A stretch of 64,000 nucleotides of DNA from Thalia democratica. Its lineage: Eukaryota. The DNA lies in assembly GCA_965202585.1 (NCBI GenBank), contig OZ241832.1, positions 23,870,001 through 23,934,000 on the forward strand, in the 5' to 3' direction. The first letter of the stretch is position 1, and each line of letters begins with the position of its first letter. Made by a program: the position numbers and the translations under genes. Of the stretch, positions 37,401 to 50,400 are shown piece by piece. The notes beneath the pieces were generated by a model. It did not search any database. It worked only from the letters and a program-made list of their open reading frames with translations, and was not told the origin of the DNA.

Positions 37401-39419
37401 GGGTTCTTTATTTGAGCTGTAATTACTACTTGAAAGTTTCATGTTTTAAACTTTTAATTTGATACATATGTTGTTTGTGATATAAAACTAAAACATTTAT
37501 TTAAACCAGCGCAACAATATGATAACTAATAATTAGTGTTATTCATTAATATATAAGTTGTTTTATCTAACTTAAAAATATATAGGAATTCAAAACAAAT
37601 TTAATTATTTATAATCCAAAACATAGTACGCATATACAACTGAAGTAAAAATTATTAAGTTTATACTGTATGAGACTGTAGGGTGATGACGTAATAATAG
37701 TAAATAGGTATAAATAAAATAAAATTAAAATTACTTGAAAAATTGTGGACAAAAACAGTCTGATTTATTAGAGTCTAATTTAAAAGATGCCCAAGCTTTT
37801 TGATACAAATTAAGATGTAATTATATTACTTATGTAAACGGAATACTTTAGAGTAGAGACAAGCCTAACAAAACTTAAACCTCAGTAAGTAATCTACTCA
37901 AGTACCTCAAATTTATAGAAAATTCTCCTGTATTATTTGAGAGCGTTAAATAGTTCACATAGTATTCGGCGCTGGAAGACGGCTTTCAATGTTTGTGCAA
38001 AAGTTTGCAGTGCGATTACCTCGTAAGGGGACAATCAAATTATAGTATTAAATTACAGTAAGTGGAGTGTTTATTATAAAACAGTACCAGACTGTCTACT
38101 ACAAAACTATGTAATTTGTAGTATGACACCATGGATACATACTATAAAACATAAAACTTTACTGTAATTCAATTATTTTTGATATCAAACATACATCTGG
38201 ATACTTACGAGTATATAGTATTAGATGGTAAGAGAAAAAATAACATACTAAAAGAATGTGCGTAGCTACTCGTACATCAAAAAAAAAATTAGGTGCCGAC
38301 CAGCATAAGAACGTGGCCTAAAGGACGGCTTTCGTTATTTGTGCAAAAGTCTTTAAAAAAATTTATTTTCATTAATCTCAAAAATTTCCCAACAACTTTT
38401 CACTTTAGGGAAATCCCCTATTGTGAAAAAATTGTGTAGCGGGTCTTTATAATTTAGTGCGTACCTTATGCGGGTGCGTACTTATTAAATCGCGTACCTT
38501 ATAGAAATAACGTTAATACATTGTTACAAACTAAACCATACTACTTCATGCGAATAACAAATCATTTTTTGTTCAAAATTTGTAACTACTTTTATCTTAA
38601 GTAGTTTTAAGGTCCGGCTGCAGTTATAACGTCGCTTCTGATTGGCTAATATATTACAATTTTTATCAATTTTAAGTTTGGAGTAATTAAACTTGTTTTT
38701 AATTTTATTTTTATGTATTTTGGTAAATGTTCTTAATTTTATGCTGCATTTTCACTGCACCTCATAATGTTATGAATGAAAACATATACAAAGCCTTACA
38801 ACTGCAGCCGACCCCACTTAAAATATGGCTTAACTTACCTTATTTAATTACTAAGATATTTAAATTTAAATAACCACTGTCTAAAACTATATTGTTTAAC
38901 CAATAAAATACAGTACCACTTGAGTTACTACACAATGTTATGAAATATCCAAAAGAAATATTAGTGATTTTATTTCTAAACAGTTTTTGACAGAGTTTAT
39001 TTGAATAAAATAGTTAACATGCTCGTATATGTATTTATTAATTATCAAAATATTCTTTGTTTAGAGTCTTTATTGTGACACTATCTACTAGTATGAGTGA
39101 TTAAACTACCAAAAAACGCTTGGAAATAATGCTGCACAATACATAGTATCAAGTTTGAGATAAAATAAACACCTATTTTAATTTATAATGTCACAATAGA
39201 AATTCCAGACAATGGTATCAATTTAAACTATTAGTAGTGTTCCAAAATAAAGTTTAGCATGTCTATATAACAATTATGTGTAGTCAGATAAAAGTCTGGT
39301 TTTGTCAGCTAGTCACAGTTTATTTATAATAACTCTGATAAACACTTTAGGGTTATCAACAATTGTTTCTGAATATTATTTTAATATATTTTTCTTTTAT
39401 TAGCTTTTTAATACACTCT

Positions 39420-40165
39420 ATGAAAATCGTCACCAACAAGAATGTCAGCAAAACCTCGTCCATTTTCATCGACACGAAAAAATTTAAATCGATCACTGGC
39501 GAGTAGTAACAAAACGCGATGGAAATAGCTGAAATCTTATCAAGGCTATTTACAAACGATGGAGATGATATTCAAACAGCGTTTATAAAGCTTTTTCGCA
39601 AAGTATTGGTGAAAGTCAGATCTCCTTATTTGGAATACAACAAAAGGATTGTTGAGCTGATGAAACTATGAAGGCGCACCGGCCGACACAAAAGAAGTGG
39701 ACAAGATAATAAAATAAATTTAAAGATTCCAGAACGTTTAACAAAACTTTTATGAAAAAGCAAATCGTGGCAACGGTGCTCAGTCGAACAGTAGTGAACT
39801 CTCGTACATGGACTGCCGCTAAAAAACTTGACGCTAACCTTATACCTTCAGTTGTAAGTAAAGGCCTTAAAAGATTCTAACAGTTCTACCGTAAAGCCGA
39901 AGAGAACAAAAGAGAAAAGCAGTTGTGGAGCTTTTTAACCAGCAAAGTACATTCATTTTCGAATAGTTGTTGAACGAGACTAAGTTTTCGGTGAAGGATT
40001 TAACAAAATACTTCGTTCTCTAACATATAAGTAGTCCAAAGTTCTTTTAACCGTTCCGGGAAAAATTTTTTCATTGATTTCCAGCTTTACAGTTAGCGAA
40101 GGTTTCGATCAGGAATCAGACAAGAATAAGGTCCAAATGGCTCATAAATCCTAAATTTAGCTGAA
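39420..40165 (+). pseudogene. Intronless, decayed cullin-homology (APC2/cullin-like) sequence
   Basis: Across stops and frameshifts: MEIAEILSRLFTNDGDDIQTAFIKLFRKVLVKVRSPYLEYNKRIVELMKL / EGAPADTKEVDKIIK / KDSRTFNKTF / TVVNSRTW / NLIPSVVSKGLKRF*QFY / KREKQLW / LFNQQSTFIFE*LLNETKFSVKDLTKYFVL / WLINPKF. These resemble, in order, APC2 RNVELLKLRFGE..MLKDMADSRRIN..ILSSEFWP..VP....L..Y...Y..R.L.W and cullin LLFN...TFEEI...T.....DL...F.VN..F, as recalled from memory. Confidence 0.62.
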
Positions 40166-43100
40166 AGTATGTTTAGGATATTCAAGGTTTATTTAGTAAT
40201 AGGTCAAATTACTTATGAATAAACTTCTTCATATTTATATAAATTATGTTTTTTATACATACATAACTTCTGTCAAAAAAGTATTTCGTAAGTATAGAAG
40301 TATATTAACTAACAACTCAAGTTATTTTCACTGTCGTGACACAAATATTTATAGTAGTAGCAAGTTTTTAAGAATACTATACTAACTTTATATATAATTT
40401 ATTTGTAGTACTAAAAAATTAATTTAGTTACTAACTTAAACTATCATCTTGTTAACAGGTAAAGAAATACTAAAAAAATAATTAAAAAGTAGACTATAAT
40501 GTTAAACGCTAGAAACATTTTAAAACTATATAATTTTAGATTAATTAGTTCTAAGTTTATTTGATTTTATGAAAAAAACTTTTTTACTTGGTTAAAAAAA
40601 TCAAATCAGTTTATGTATATTTTTAGTATATAAAATAACTTTTTTACGTATAATATCTACTACTCTTTTGATTTTAAAACATTCATTTTTTTACCTTTTT
40701 GATGAATTGTTTAAGTTTTTTTTACAAATTAGATAAAATAATTCACACTTTGTTTGTTTTAGAATTTGTTAGCTTGAACTAACTAAATGCTCAATGAATT
40801 ATAAATATACTGAGTGCATTTATTTTGCTACATAAACACTAAATGCGTTGTAGATCTCATTACCGAACATTTCAACAAACAATTTTAATAGTAAACAAGT
40901 ATAGCAGACTATAAAACTTTGAAGTAAACAAGTACTTTGTAGAAATAAGAGCAAAAATATTTTATTTATTTAATTCTAAGTACTAAGTTTGTATTATGTC
41001 TGTTTATTTCAGTAATGTGTTTAACAAATTTAATATTTTAAATTTTGTAGTAAAAAAATAACTTCAGCAGGCTTCGGCAAACGATTATATAACTATTGTT
41101 CGATATCTATTGATATAAAATTTTGTTTATTTAAGCTAAGAACATGTGCTCGCTAAAATCTAAATCAGAGAGCTTACTTATAGGTTAAAACTATTTTTTG
41201 AGTTTTAAAAAACTTTCCATTGATTGTTAAACGTCAATTAATAAACATAAAAACTTATTGAGTTTCTATGTTTCCTTATTTCATTAAATTTAAAAAATCA
41301 AAAATTATTTTAATTAAATTAATAAAATTATTTTACATTTTGTAGACTAAAGTACTGTAGTCAGTTGCAAAAAATTTAAAATCTATTTTTCATAATATGT
41401 ATATTATTAAATTATCAATAGTCATAACCTGATTATTAATGAATTTTATTTACAGGATTATTAATGTTTGTTCCTTCACAATAGCAGTAATAATAAATAA
41501 TTAAACACTTTTTTGTAACATAATTTCTGTATGAATATTAAAATACAGTGATTTACATAAGTCAAGAATTTAGTTGTAATTTTCCGCATTAAAAAAATTA
41601 AAGTATATAAATAAAAAAACTTTATTGTAAATTAACTAAAATAGTTAAGCATTTTAAATTACTCAATATTTGTAACTACTTGGTCATTTGAATAAGAAAT
41701 AAATCAAAATATACTATTTTTTATCTGAAGGCTCTTAATAAAATCAGTTGTATCTAGAAGAGCTACTAGTAAGAGATTAGAATTAATTTGTTTTTAGGGT
41801 AGAGTATTGTTTTTACTTCAAATGAAATTTAAGTTTTAAATAAAATTTGTGATCTTCATTTTTAGTAATTTTGTATTAAGTTCGTTAAGTATATTAAGGT
41901 GACTAAGGAGGAACTTAATTAATATTACTGTTTAGTATTATTTTTTTAATAAACTTTCTACAAAATTGTATTTATGTTTAAGATTTGACACTGAAGAAAA
42001 AAAATATTATAAAGCATATGGTAAAATTTTTGCTTTCTTATAGCTCAGAATCTAAAAAGTAATGCCTTTTTATAATAATTATGTGCTTATTAAAGGTTGA
42101 ACTTCAATATAAATAATAAAATAAAACGGGATAAAGGTAGACTGCCTCTTTTGATTACAAAAACCAGACATGATTTGACTAAACCGAAATTGTAAAAACG
42201 GTTTAAGCTACCAAAAATTTCAGTCTCAGTTTTTTACTATAGTCTTTATTTTATTGAATAAGAATTGAAAATGTTTGTTTTTTAATAAACGAAAGATCTT
42301 TTTGAAGTGTTTGTAAAATACTGAGACTGATTTTTTTGATGATTCTTATTGTTTTTTATATTTGTTTATTCAATATACTTTATATTTTGAAATTTACTTT
42401 AACGCAGGCTAACAAAAATTTCGTTTTAGCATTAAATAGTGTAAATTTTGTTTAGATGTAATAAAGTTTTTAGTAATACAGTTGAGCAAATTTAAGGTTT
42501 TAGTAGTTAGAACTCGTTAAGAATCAGAAATAATCTGAAAATGAACTTTAGTTGTATATTATTAGCAATATCAGTTCTATCTAAATTAGGTTGAGGTACA
42601 AGCTGTTGGTTAAAATAAATTAGGGTTGCTCTCTCCGATGGTTTTAAAATCTTTTACATAATTCCAAATGTTAATGTTTGTATTTTAAGTATATTAGGAA
42701 AATATAAATGTAAAGCAGATCTGTGTTCAGTTATGTTTTTTTTTTTTTGAACTACAATGTATTAAAACAATTTTATTATATCTTTTTTTAATAATTTTTT
42801 TCTACCTATACCAAATTTAAGTACTAAAATCTGTTGTAAAGACTAAAAAAATTCATTTAAATCATCAGCTTTATTTTTGTAGTCTAATGCTTGTTAAAAA
42901 TTTTACCTCATTATAGGTAAAATTCAATGCTATAAATATACAATAATGAATAAAACTTTTTTTTAATAAAAACTGATGAGGAAAATAAAAAACTTACACT
43001 AGTTTTATTTTAAGATAGTTGGAGCCAGTTCTTTTCAAGTTCTAAATTAAAAAGAGAGACAAAAAAGATGAGAGAAAATTTTTATCACTAGTGGGCGCTC

Positions 43101-43173
43101 TTATTTTCTTCTAGCCGAGGTTCGTAACTTTAGGATATAATGAGACACATCTTCAAAATGTTATTCATAGACA

Positions 43174-43336
43174 GTTGCAGCAAGATAGCTAGAAAGTAAT
43201 AAAGGACGTCCCAGCTAAGGTAGCTAAAGAAAAGTGCAGGTTTCATTGTAAGGAAAGCTTTAGCATCTACGTGTACAAAATACTCAAGCAAGTACACACT
43301 GATACTGGAATCCTCAGCAAAGCTATAAACATCATA
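43174..43336 (+). pseudogene. Histone H2B-like relic (N-terminal half)
   Basis: Reads [45 protein letters not shown], matching H2B [30 protein letters not shown]. Start codon lost. Confidence 0.9.
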
Positions 43337-43846
43337 GATTATTTAGAGGTAGGAGCCGATATTAATGTAAAGCAGAATTGTGTTTATTTAGCAAAGATTT
43401 TCTTTATTTAGAAAGTTTATGAATTTTTATTAAATACTTTTATAATAGTTTTACACCTGTATTAAATTTAGGTACTAAAATCTTTTGTAAAGATAGAAAA
43501 AGTTCATTTTCATCATTAGTTCTATTTTATTTATTTTGCGGAGTTGGCATTTTTTTTTTAAATCAATGTATTAGAAACAATTTTATTACATTTATTTTAA
43601 TAAGTTTATTCCCACCTATATAAAATTTTTGTACTAAAGTCTTTTGTAATTAATAAAAAAGTTCATTCTAACCATTAGCTTAAATTTAGTAGTCTAATAC
43701 TAATAAAATTTTGCTTTAATATAGGGTAAATTTCAATACTATAAATATACAATAGTGAATGAAAATTTTTTTTAATAAGAATTAATGTGGAAAATAAAAT
43801 AATTATACTATCTTGAGACACATCTTGCAAAACTTGTTCATTGACA

Positions 43847-44124
43847 ATGGCAGCATCCAAAGCTAGCAAGAAAGTAGTTAAGGACGTCCCAGCTTTAGGT
43901 AGCTAAAACAAAGTGTAGGTCTCATTGTAAGGAAAGCTTCAGTATCAACGTGTACAAATTTTTCAAGCAAGTACACCTTAGTTACTTGATTTTCAAGCGA
44001 GGCCTTGAACATCATGAAGTCTTTTGTCAACGATATGTTCGAGCGCATTGCAACCAAAGCTACACATTTGGCTCACTACAACAAGCGTTTAGCAGTCGCA
44101 AAAATTAAATCTGGTGTTCGTCTA
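43847..44124 (+). pseudogene. Histone H2B-like pseudogene (near full length, lacks C-terminal helix)
   Basis: MAASKASKKVVKDVPA(fs)..KESFSINVYKFFKQVH(fs)[32 protein letters not shown](del)..IKSGVRL. Confidence 0.9.
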
Positions 44125-44529
44125 AGAAACCTGTTTGGTTTTTACCTAATTCAAAAATTCAAAACTTTAGGGTGTCAATTTTCCATTCAAAAATTGATTA
44201 ATTTGATAAAATAGGATAAATGAATTTTAAGTTAAATAACCATTGATATTTGCTGTAGGCAGTTGGTAATATCAATTGCTTGTAGATGAGCTAGCAATAA
44301 GAACCTAGTTTTAATTAACTATTAAGGGTAGATTTTTATTTAATTAAAGTCAAGCTAGACAGACTAAAATGTTTTAGCTATTATGCATTTTCTTTTTTTT
44401 TATTCTTAAGTTATTGTCAAACGACTAAAATCCTATGTTTTAACTGCTATTTGATTAAATTTTCTTCTATTTAGTGTTTATTTGTATTGTAACTAGTTTA
44501 ATATTTCAGATACTTAAACAAAACAAAAT

Positions 44530-46120
44530 ATGGAAAACGTTTTGAGACTAACCATTGGAAAGAATAACATTGATGAAGGTTTATTAAAGGCACTTCTAAT
44601 AAGCATGTGGCCTAAAATCGAGAAAATTCACATTACTCAAAAAGCCAGTTATGTGGTATTCTCAACTGTTGAAGAAGCAAAACAAATGCTGGATTCCAAA
44701 GCAATGAATCTTGAAGGTTACTTGGTAAAAGTAGAGAAGCTAGATAAAAAGACAAGAAAAGATTTCAAAAGTTTAAGCAAGATTGCTTCAACTGAAAATA
44801 AATGTGACACGCTATCAAATGAACTTACCTGTTTACAAACGCAGATTGAAACAGAGACTGTTCCTGACAAAAGTAATCAACACAATAATAAAAAGAAACG
44901 TGCCTACTCATCGGTAAGCATTTATATGATACATCAAAGTATAACAAAGTAAGATAAAACATCATAAAATTGTTTGTTTTCTTAATTATTTACAGTTTTT
45001 TAAGTCTATATAGTTTATGACTTTGGTTAAAATATTAGAAACAGACTAAAAATTTATAATATTATATTTAGCATATAGTAACGCTTAACACTGTCTTATA
45101 TACAATAGAAATAGGAGTATAATTGATTTTAATTTTTCAAACTATTTATTTTTATAGTTATTACGAAACAATACCAAAACAATGACAACACCCAAAGTTA
45201 AGAATAGACGTATAAGTAAAAACTATACTCAGTTGTTTTCAAAATTAAAAACAAACAAGTATCTTGAAGAAATCGAAACATCAAAATGGTTGAAATGTTT
45301 AAACAACTCAATGAAACAACATACTTGGCACCAAAATGTTATGCGAAGTTTTGTTAAAAAAGACCAATTTGCTTCGATTCAAATGAGTTGCAGTGATCTT
45401 TGGTCAATAGCAAACGAACAAAGCTACATAGAAGATCCTGTTTTAGACGCAGTCCTAAACGACAGTTTTAAGGATCACAAACAAATAGGGTTTATTGAAA
45501 CAAGTGTTTTTAATGCAATTGAAAACCTTTACTTCAGTGAAACGACTGTGACTCCTTTCAAAAATGATAAAGACGCGTACGTTGCCGTCAAGAACATAAA
45601 CAACAATCACTGGATATTTGTTTTCCTCAACTTTTTAAACAAAACACTTTATGTTGTGGATCCAAGGCGGAGTGATGAGCAGATAGAAACAGCAAGAAAA
45701 GTTATGAAAGCTTTTATACAAGTGCACCATAACGAAATCAATGCAAGTGAAACATCGAAATGGAACTTTATGAGCGATGAATGGAACTTTGATTGTATTC
45801 AGAACAATATTCAAAGAGATTGTGTCAACTGCGGTATTTATTGCATGGAATACGCTTTGAAAGTTAAAAATGATTTTCCTATTATACCTTCGTACTTACT
45901 CATTGAAAGTAACTTTAATGATAAAAGACAGTTTTATACCGCATTGTTACTAAACGTTTCAAAACCCAAGCTTTCAGTCGAAAATGAAACAATAAAAGAA
46001 GAAGAAAAAGAATTCATAGAACATCCTTATTATGTGAGTAAAACTGTAGATGAAGACGGATTAGGATTGGTTATAACATTAAAAAGAAAAAAAAACTTGA
46101 AAAAAGAAAGTAGAATCTGA
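44530..46120 (+). CDS. RRM-like + Ulp1/SENP (peptidase C48) fusion protein, copy 2; join(44530..44913,45158..46120), 448 aa
   Basis: Donor TCG|GTAAGC after 44913. Acceptor TTTATAG| at 45157 reads LLRNNTKT in frame into the ATG at 45182. H/D/Q/C catalytic residues intact. 31 aa differences from copy 1 (6 in exon 1, 1 in the linker, 24 in the 312-aa ORF). AATAAA at 46190. Confidence 0.85.
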
Positions 46121-47375
46121 AAGAAATATTTTTTAACTGGTTTATTTTATTATATTTTATGAAATTTAACTCTTACTCATTTTCGCTACAATAAACAAAA
46201 CAATTTACCAAAATAAACAATACTTGTTTTTTTTATACTTTTATAGTTTGTTACAGTAAGACAAAGAATTGCACGACATAAAGTATTTTGTTTGGGTTTA
46301 TTAAACGAGTAGTCAAATGTTTTAGAAGCAAAATAAGTTTAAACTTAAAACTACAGCTATAGCTATAGTTAATCTAGCTAATTTTTATATGTGCTAGATA
46401 CCAGTAGCGACGCCTTGTAATGTTTATAGGGGTCGCGGAAATACTATGCAATCAGGCATATCCCCATATAATTGTCTTTAGCTTTGAGTGCTTCGGTTCT
46501 CGTACTCTGCACTTAATGACTTGCTTGTTGTGAAGGACTGTTTTATAAATTTCTAGCGTAGCCTGCTTATTTGATTGCTTCCCTACGCCTGCCTGCTAAG
46601 TCGCTACTTTTTCAGACTTCTAGCTGACACTGTTTAATTTGCGTGTTGCTGCTGCTTAGCTATTAGTTTCAGTCGCTCGATCGCTTCTGTTTGATTTTCT
46701 GTTTGAATTTAGTACATATTTTATGTATAACAGCCGAAAACTAATTTTGAAATTCACATGGTGCTAAACTTTATCAAGAATTTTGCTGTTCATAAGAATT
46801 CTGTCATGAAAATTACAAAACATTAAAAATGCAGCTGACACAGACTGAGCTTTTATCAAACAATAGGAAAATTTCAAATATAAAGTAAAAAAATTTAACA
46901 AAATAGTATTTAGCAGGAAAATTAATGTTTGAGCTTTATAATAAAGTTTTTCAAAATTAGTTTGACGTGGTATATTAAAAAGCAGGTCTCTATTTGAAGC
47001 AGAGTCCTCAAAAGCTTAAACTAAACGACTAAAACTTTTTAAAACTTTATTTATTTTTTTCAGGTGTAGCAACAGCTGCAGCGTTCTGCGCCAGGCCTCT
47101 CTATTGATTTTTTACATAAAAAATTAAAAATACTTGATTATGCTTCGTAAATTAATAATACTTTTATTTTTTTTAATGTTAAAAAATATCTAGAAATCCT
47201 TAGTCAAATAACTATGAATTTATTTTAGTTTATCAAAATTAATACTTAAATAGTGACTTAATACTCATTTACTTTTTATACTGGTTCCAAATGTCAAACC
47301 TGACTTTTAAAAGGGAACGGGTCAGAAAAGCACGTGCGTCATTTTAGTAAGGGGTAATTTTTTTGCACGAATTTA

Positions 47376-47440
47376 CTTTAGCACAAAGTGACACTTAAGT
47401 ATGGAGTAACATTTTAGCACAAAAAAAAAACTTTAGCACG
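47376..47440. repeat. Shorter copy of the 18-bp TTTAGCACAAAGTGACAC minisatellite
   Basis: About 3-4 units, versus about 9 at 3349-3506. Confidence 0.7.
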
Positions 47441-50400
47441 GCTGTCTTTCTTCCATAATGCATAACATTTTTACTGTTATTTTTAAAAATCTAAAAACAT
47501 ATCATGCAGTATGTAGACTAAAAGTTAAACCACTTTAAATATGTTACAAGTTAAATCTTTAACTGGAAATTCATGTTTAATTGAAAGTAAAACATTTTAT
47601 TTAAAAGCAAACTGATTTTTTTTAATAATAATATAAGACTAAATTATAAGTTATACTAACTCAATTTACACTAGATAATCTGGAGCTAAGAATAAACAGC
47701 AAAAAAAAGTCTAAGGCGTTTGTAAGGTAAATTTGAAAATTATACTATATATTATGGTAAAAAATAGGAAATTTAGGGGGCCACAAACTGTAAAAGGGGA
47801 AGCCACTTGGCCACAATTTAAAACTTATTCTAGAAATTTTGGAGTTGATAACAAAATGCGAAAAAATATTCGTAGGTATTTTTAATTGTATTTTAAAAAC
47901 TTGTACTAAATATCAAGTAAAAATCTTATAAAATTTAGTAGGTCACAAGGAAATAATTTAAAACTTACACTAGATACTTTAGAGTTGATGATGAACATAA
48001 CAAAATGTCTTAAGTGACTTTAGTAATAGTTTTTGGAGAATTTTTTTGATGCGGCTATAGCTTTTTAGTTTCATTAAAGGCCTTAACAAAATAAGTTTAG
48101 GACAACCTAGTTTAGGGTAAAAATTTGTTCACATAATTATACCTACAAAGTGCTAACAACATTCAGCTTTTTTTTGATAAATTTAACAAAATTTTTGTTT
48201 ACTGTCTCAAAATGTTTTGCATTAGAGCTAAAGTTAAAAAAAAAACTGTTAGCTAGTGAATCAAAACAAGCATGCAAACATAAAATATGATTATTTTCAA
48301 GTATTTATTAACAAAAGTCTAAAAGTCGCTATAAACATACTTTTAAAGCTGAAAACCACGTTGCAGATCAGAAATATTTTCGAAACAGAAAGTCTAATAA
48401 ACTGTGACCATGTGCTTTAACCAGGGACGTAGCTAGCTCTAAAAAGTTACAAATCTGCAAAAAAAAATCTAGAATAATGTGTGATGACGTCATGACGGGA
48501 ATAGAGTAGTTTTAACTACCTTTAATTTTATATGAAAGGTAGCAGTTTTGTTATAAGCTTAAAAAAAATAGAATGTTCAAGTATAATGAATAACTGAATA
48601 CAAGGCAAGTTTTACTGCTCTTGACCCCCTCTAATTCTTTATGTGTTGAAACTTTTATTAGCCTATAAAACCGTTCATTTAAAATAAAAATGTTAATTAA
48701 GAAATTAACTTTAATATTATTACTGATAGACCTAAAATATATAACTTTGAAAACAGTTTCCCCACTTCAGAAAATATTTGCAAAAATTGTTGCTTTTATT
48801 AAAACAAAAATTAAAATTTTAGGAGTTGAATAAAAAAGAAAAGGATATAAAATAAAAAATTTCACAACATTAGATAAAATTCAGATGTATAATTACTTTA
48901 TTTTGTCAAAAACGATTCATAAAGAAAAGAAGAGTACACGTCTTTGTAAATGTTATTACTTGCTTTGGATGGATAAAGATTTAAGCTGTAAAAAAAGAAC
49001 TAAATATTTTCTTATTGAAAAAAGTACTTAAATAAAAGCTGTAAACAAGAATCAAACTTTTTTTTACAAAACAAACTTGTTAAATAAAACAAATTGGTTA
49101 AATAACTACAAACCTTGAATGTTAAACATTAATATTTTTTAGATACATTGTGAAACATAAAAATAAATTCAAACATAAACATTTTTAAACATAAAATGTA
49201 TTAGTTTTTTATTTTTTAAACTTGTTATGAATTTATAATACAACTATACACTTGTTAGAATAAATATAACTAACTTATTCTTTTAATCTTAGATTGAAAA
49301 GTTATATAAAACTTATTTTAAAACTTTTTATCATTTATTAAACATTATTTAAAGAATTAAACTGATATACTTTTTTATATAAGTAAACCACTCTAAAATT
49401 TATAAACTTATTTTAAAACAACAGATTCATTCAATATTCTAATACTTTTAAAGAAAATATAAAATAAAATAATCTTCATATTGCAAACAACAATGCTTTT
49501 AGAAAAATAAAATTTACAGTAATATTTAAAAACAAGTTGAAACAAACTTTATTTTTTACATATTTGTCAGAAAACATCATTCAAATAGCTTTTTCTTGAA
49601 GTACTTATCAGAAACTCATTGTAACAAACTGAACTTCAGATTGGTTGACTTTGTTAATAGCTTTGAGTGTCAATGGTATCAAGTGGGTGGTTTTACTTTC
49701 AAATTATAATTGCATAATTTTTACCTTAGAAAACTTAAGTTTTAAACTTAGTTTTAAAAATCTGTGAAACAACTAAATTTGTTAAAATCCACACATAGTG
49801 TACCAAGTATACAGTAGTAATACAAATAAAACTTAAAAACAATTTTCAAAATGTAAAGCTAACTAGAAAATACAAATGTACTAATTTAATGTTTTTTTAA
49901 TTTTGTAAACTACTTAAAAATTGTAAATATAAAGATAAAAAAAGACAGAGATAATGAAAAACCTTTGAAAGTTGGGAATAAAACCAAAAACTCTCAAAAA
50001 ATTCTCATTTAATAAACCAATATGCATAGAAAACAAACTCATTGTAAGCAAATAATATAACAATACAAGTAAAATAGGTATTAACAACAGCTCAACCCTA
50101 TGACCAACACCAATTCCAAGATTTTATTTTTGAATTTTTCTTCTTTTTTTTTAGAATAAGACTCACTTTTCAAATTTATCAATGTTTTTTTTTTACAAAA
50201 TTGGTTATAAAATAAAAATTTATTAAAACTAGCTAGCAAAATCTCATTCAAATATAGAAAAACATCTGTTATGACATTATTAATCTTTAGTTTTTCATAG
50301 ATAAAAAAAAAACTATACTGAGTCAGCCTGAGTTCAAAAATAAAACTCTAAATATCCTAGATTTATCCAGTATACTTTGAGTGTGTGGCTACAATGTACA

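Larger units (their letters stand above)
41120..47612 (+). repeat. Longest copy of the duplicated cassette (H2B relics + RRM-C48 gene)
   Basis: About 41120-43390 matches 12440-14310 and about 44037-47612 matches 1-3680. An internal unit of about 0.7 kb is repeated, each unit ending in an H2B relic. Confidence 0.85.

Noticed and set aside
44005-44214. 69-aa ORF as a functional histone
   Set aside because: Internal fragment of a frameshifted H2B pseudogene with a deletion and a non-histone tail.
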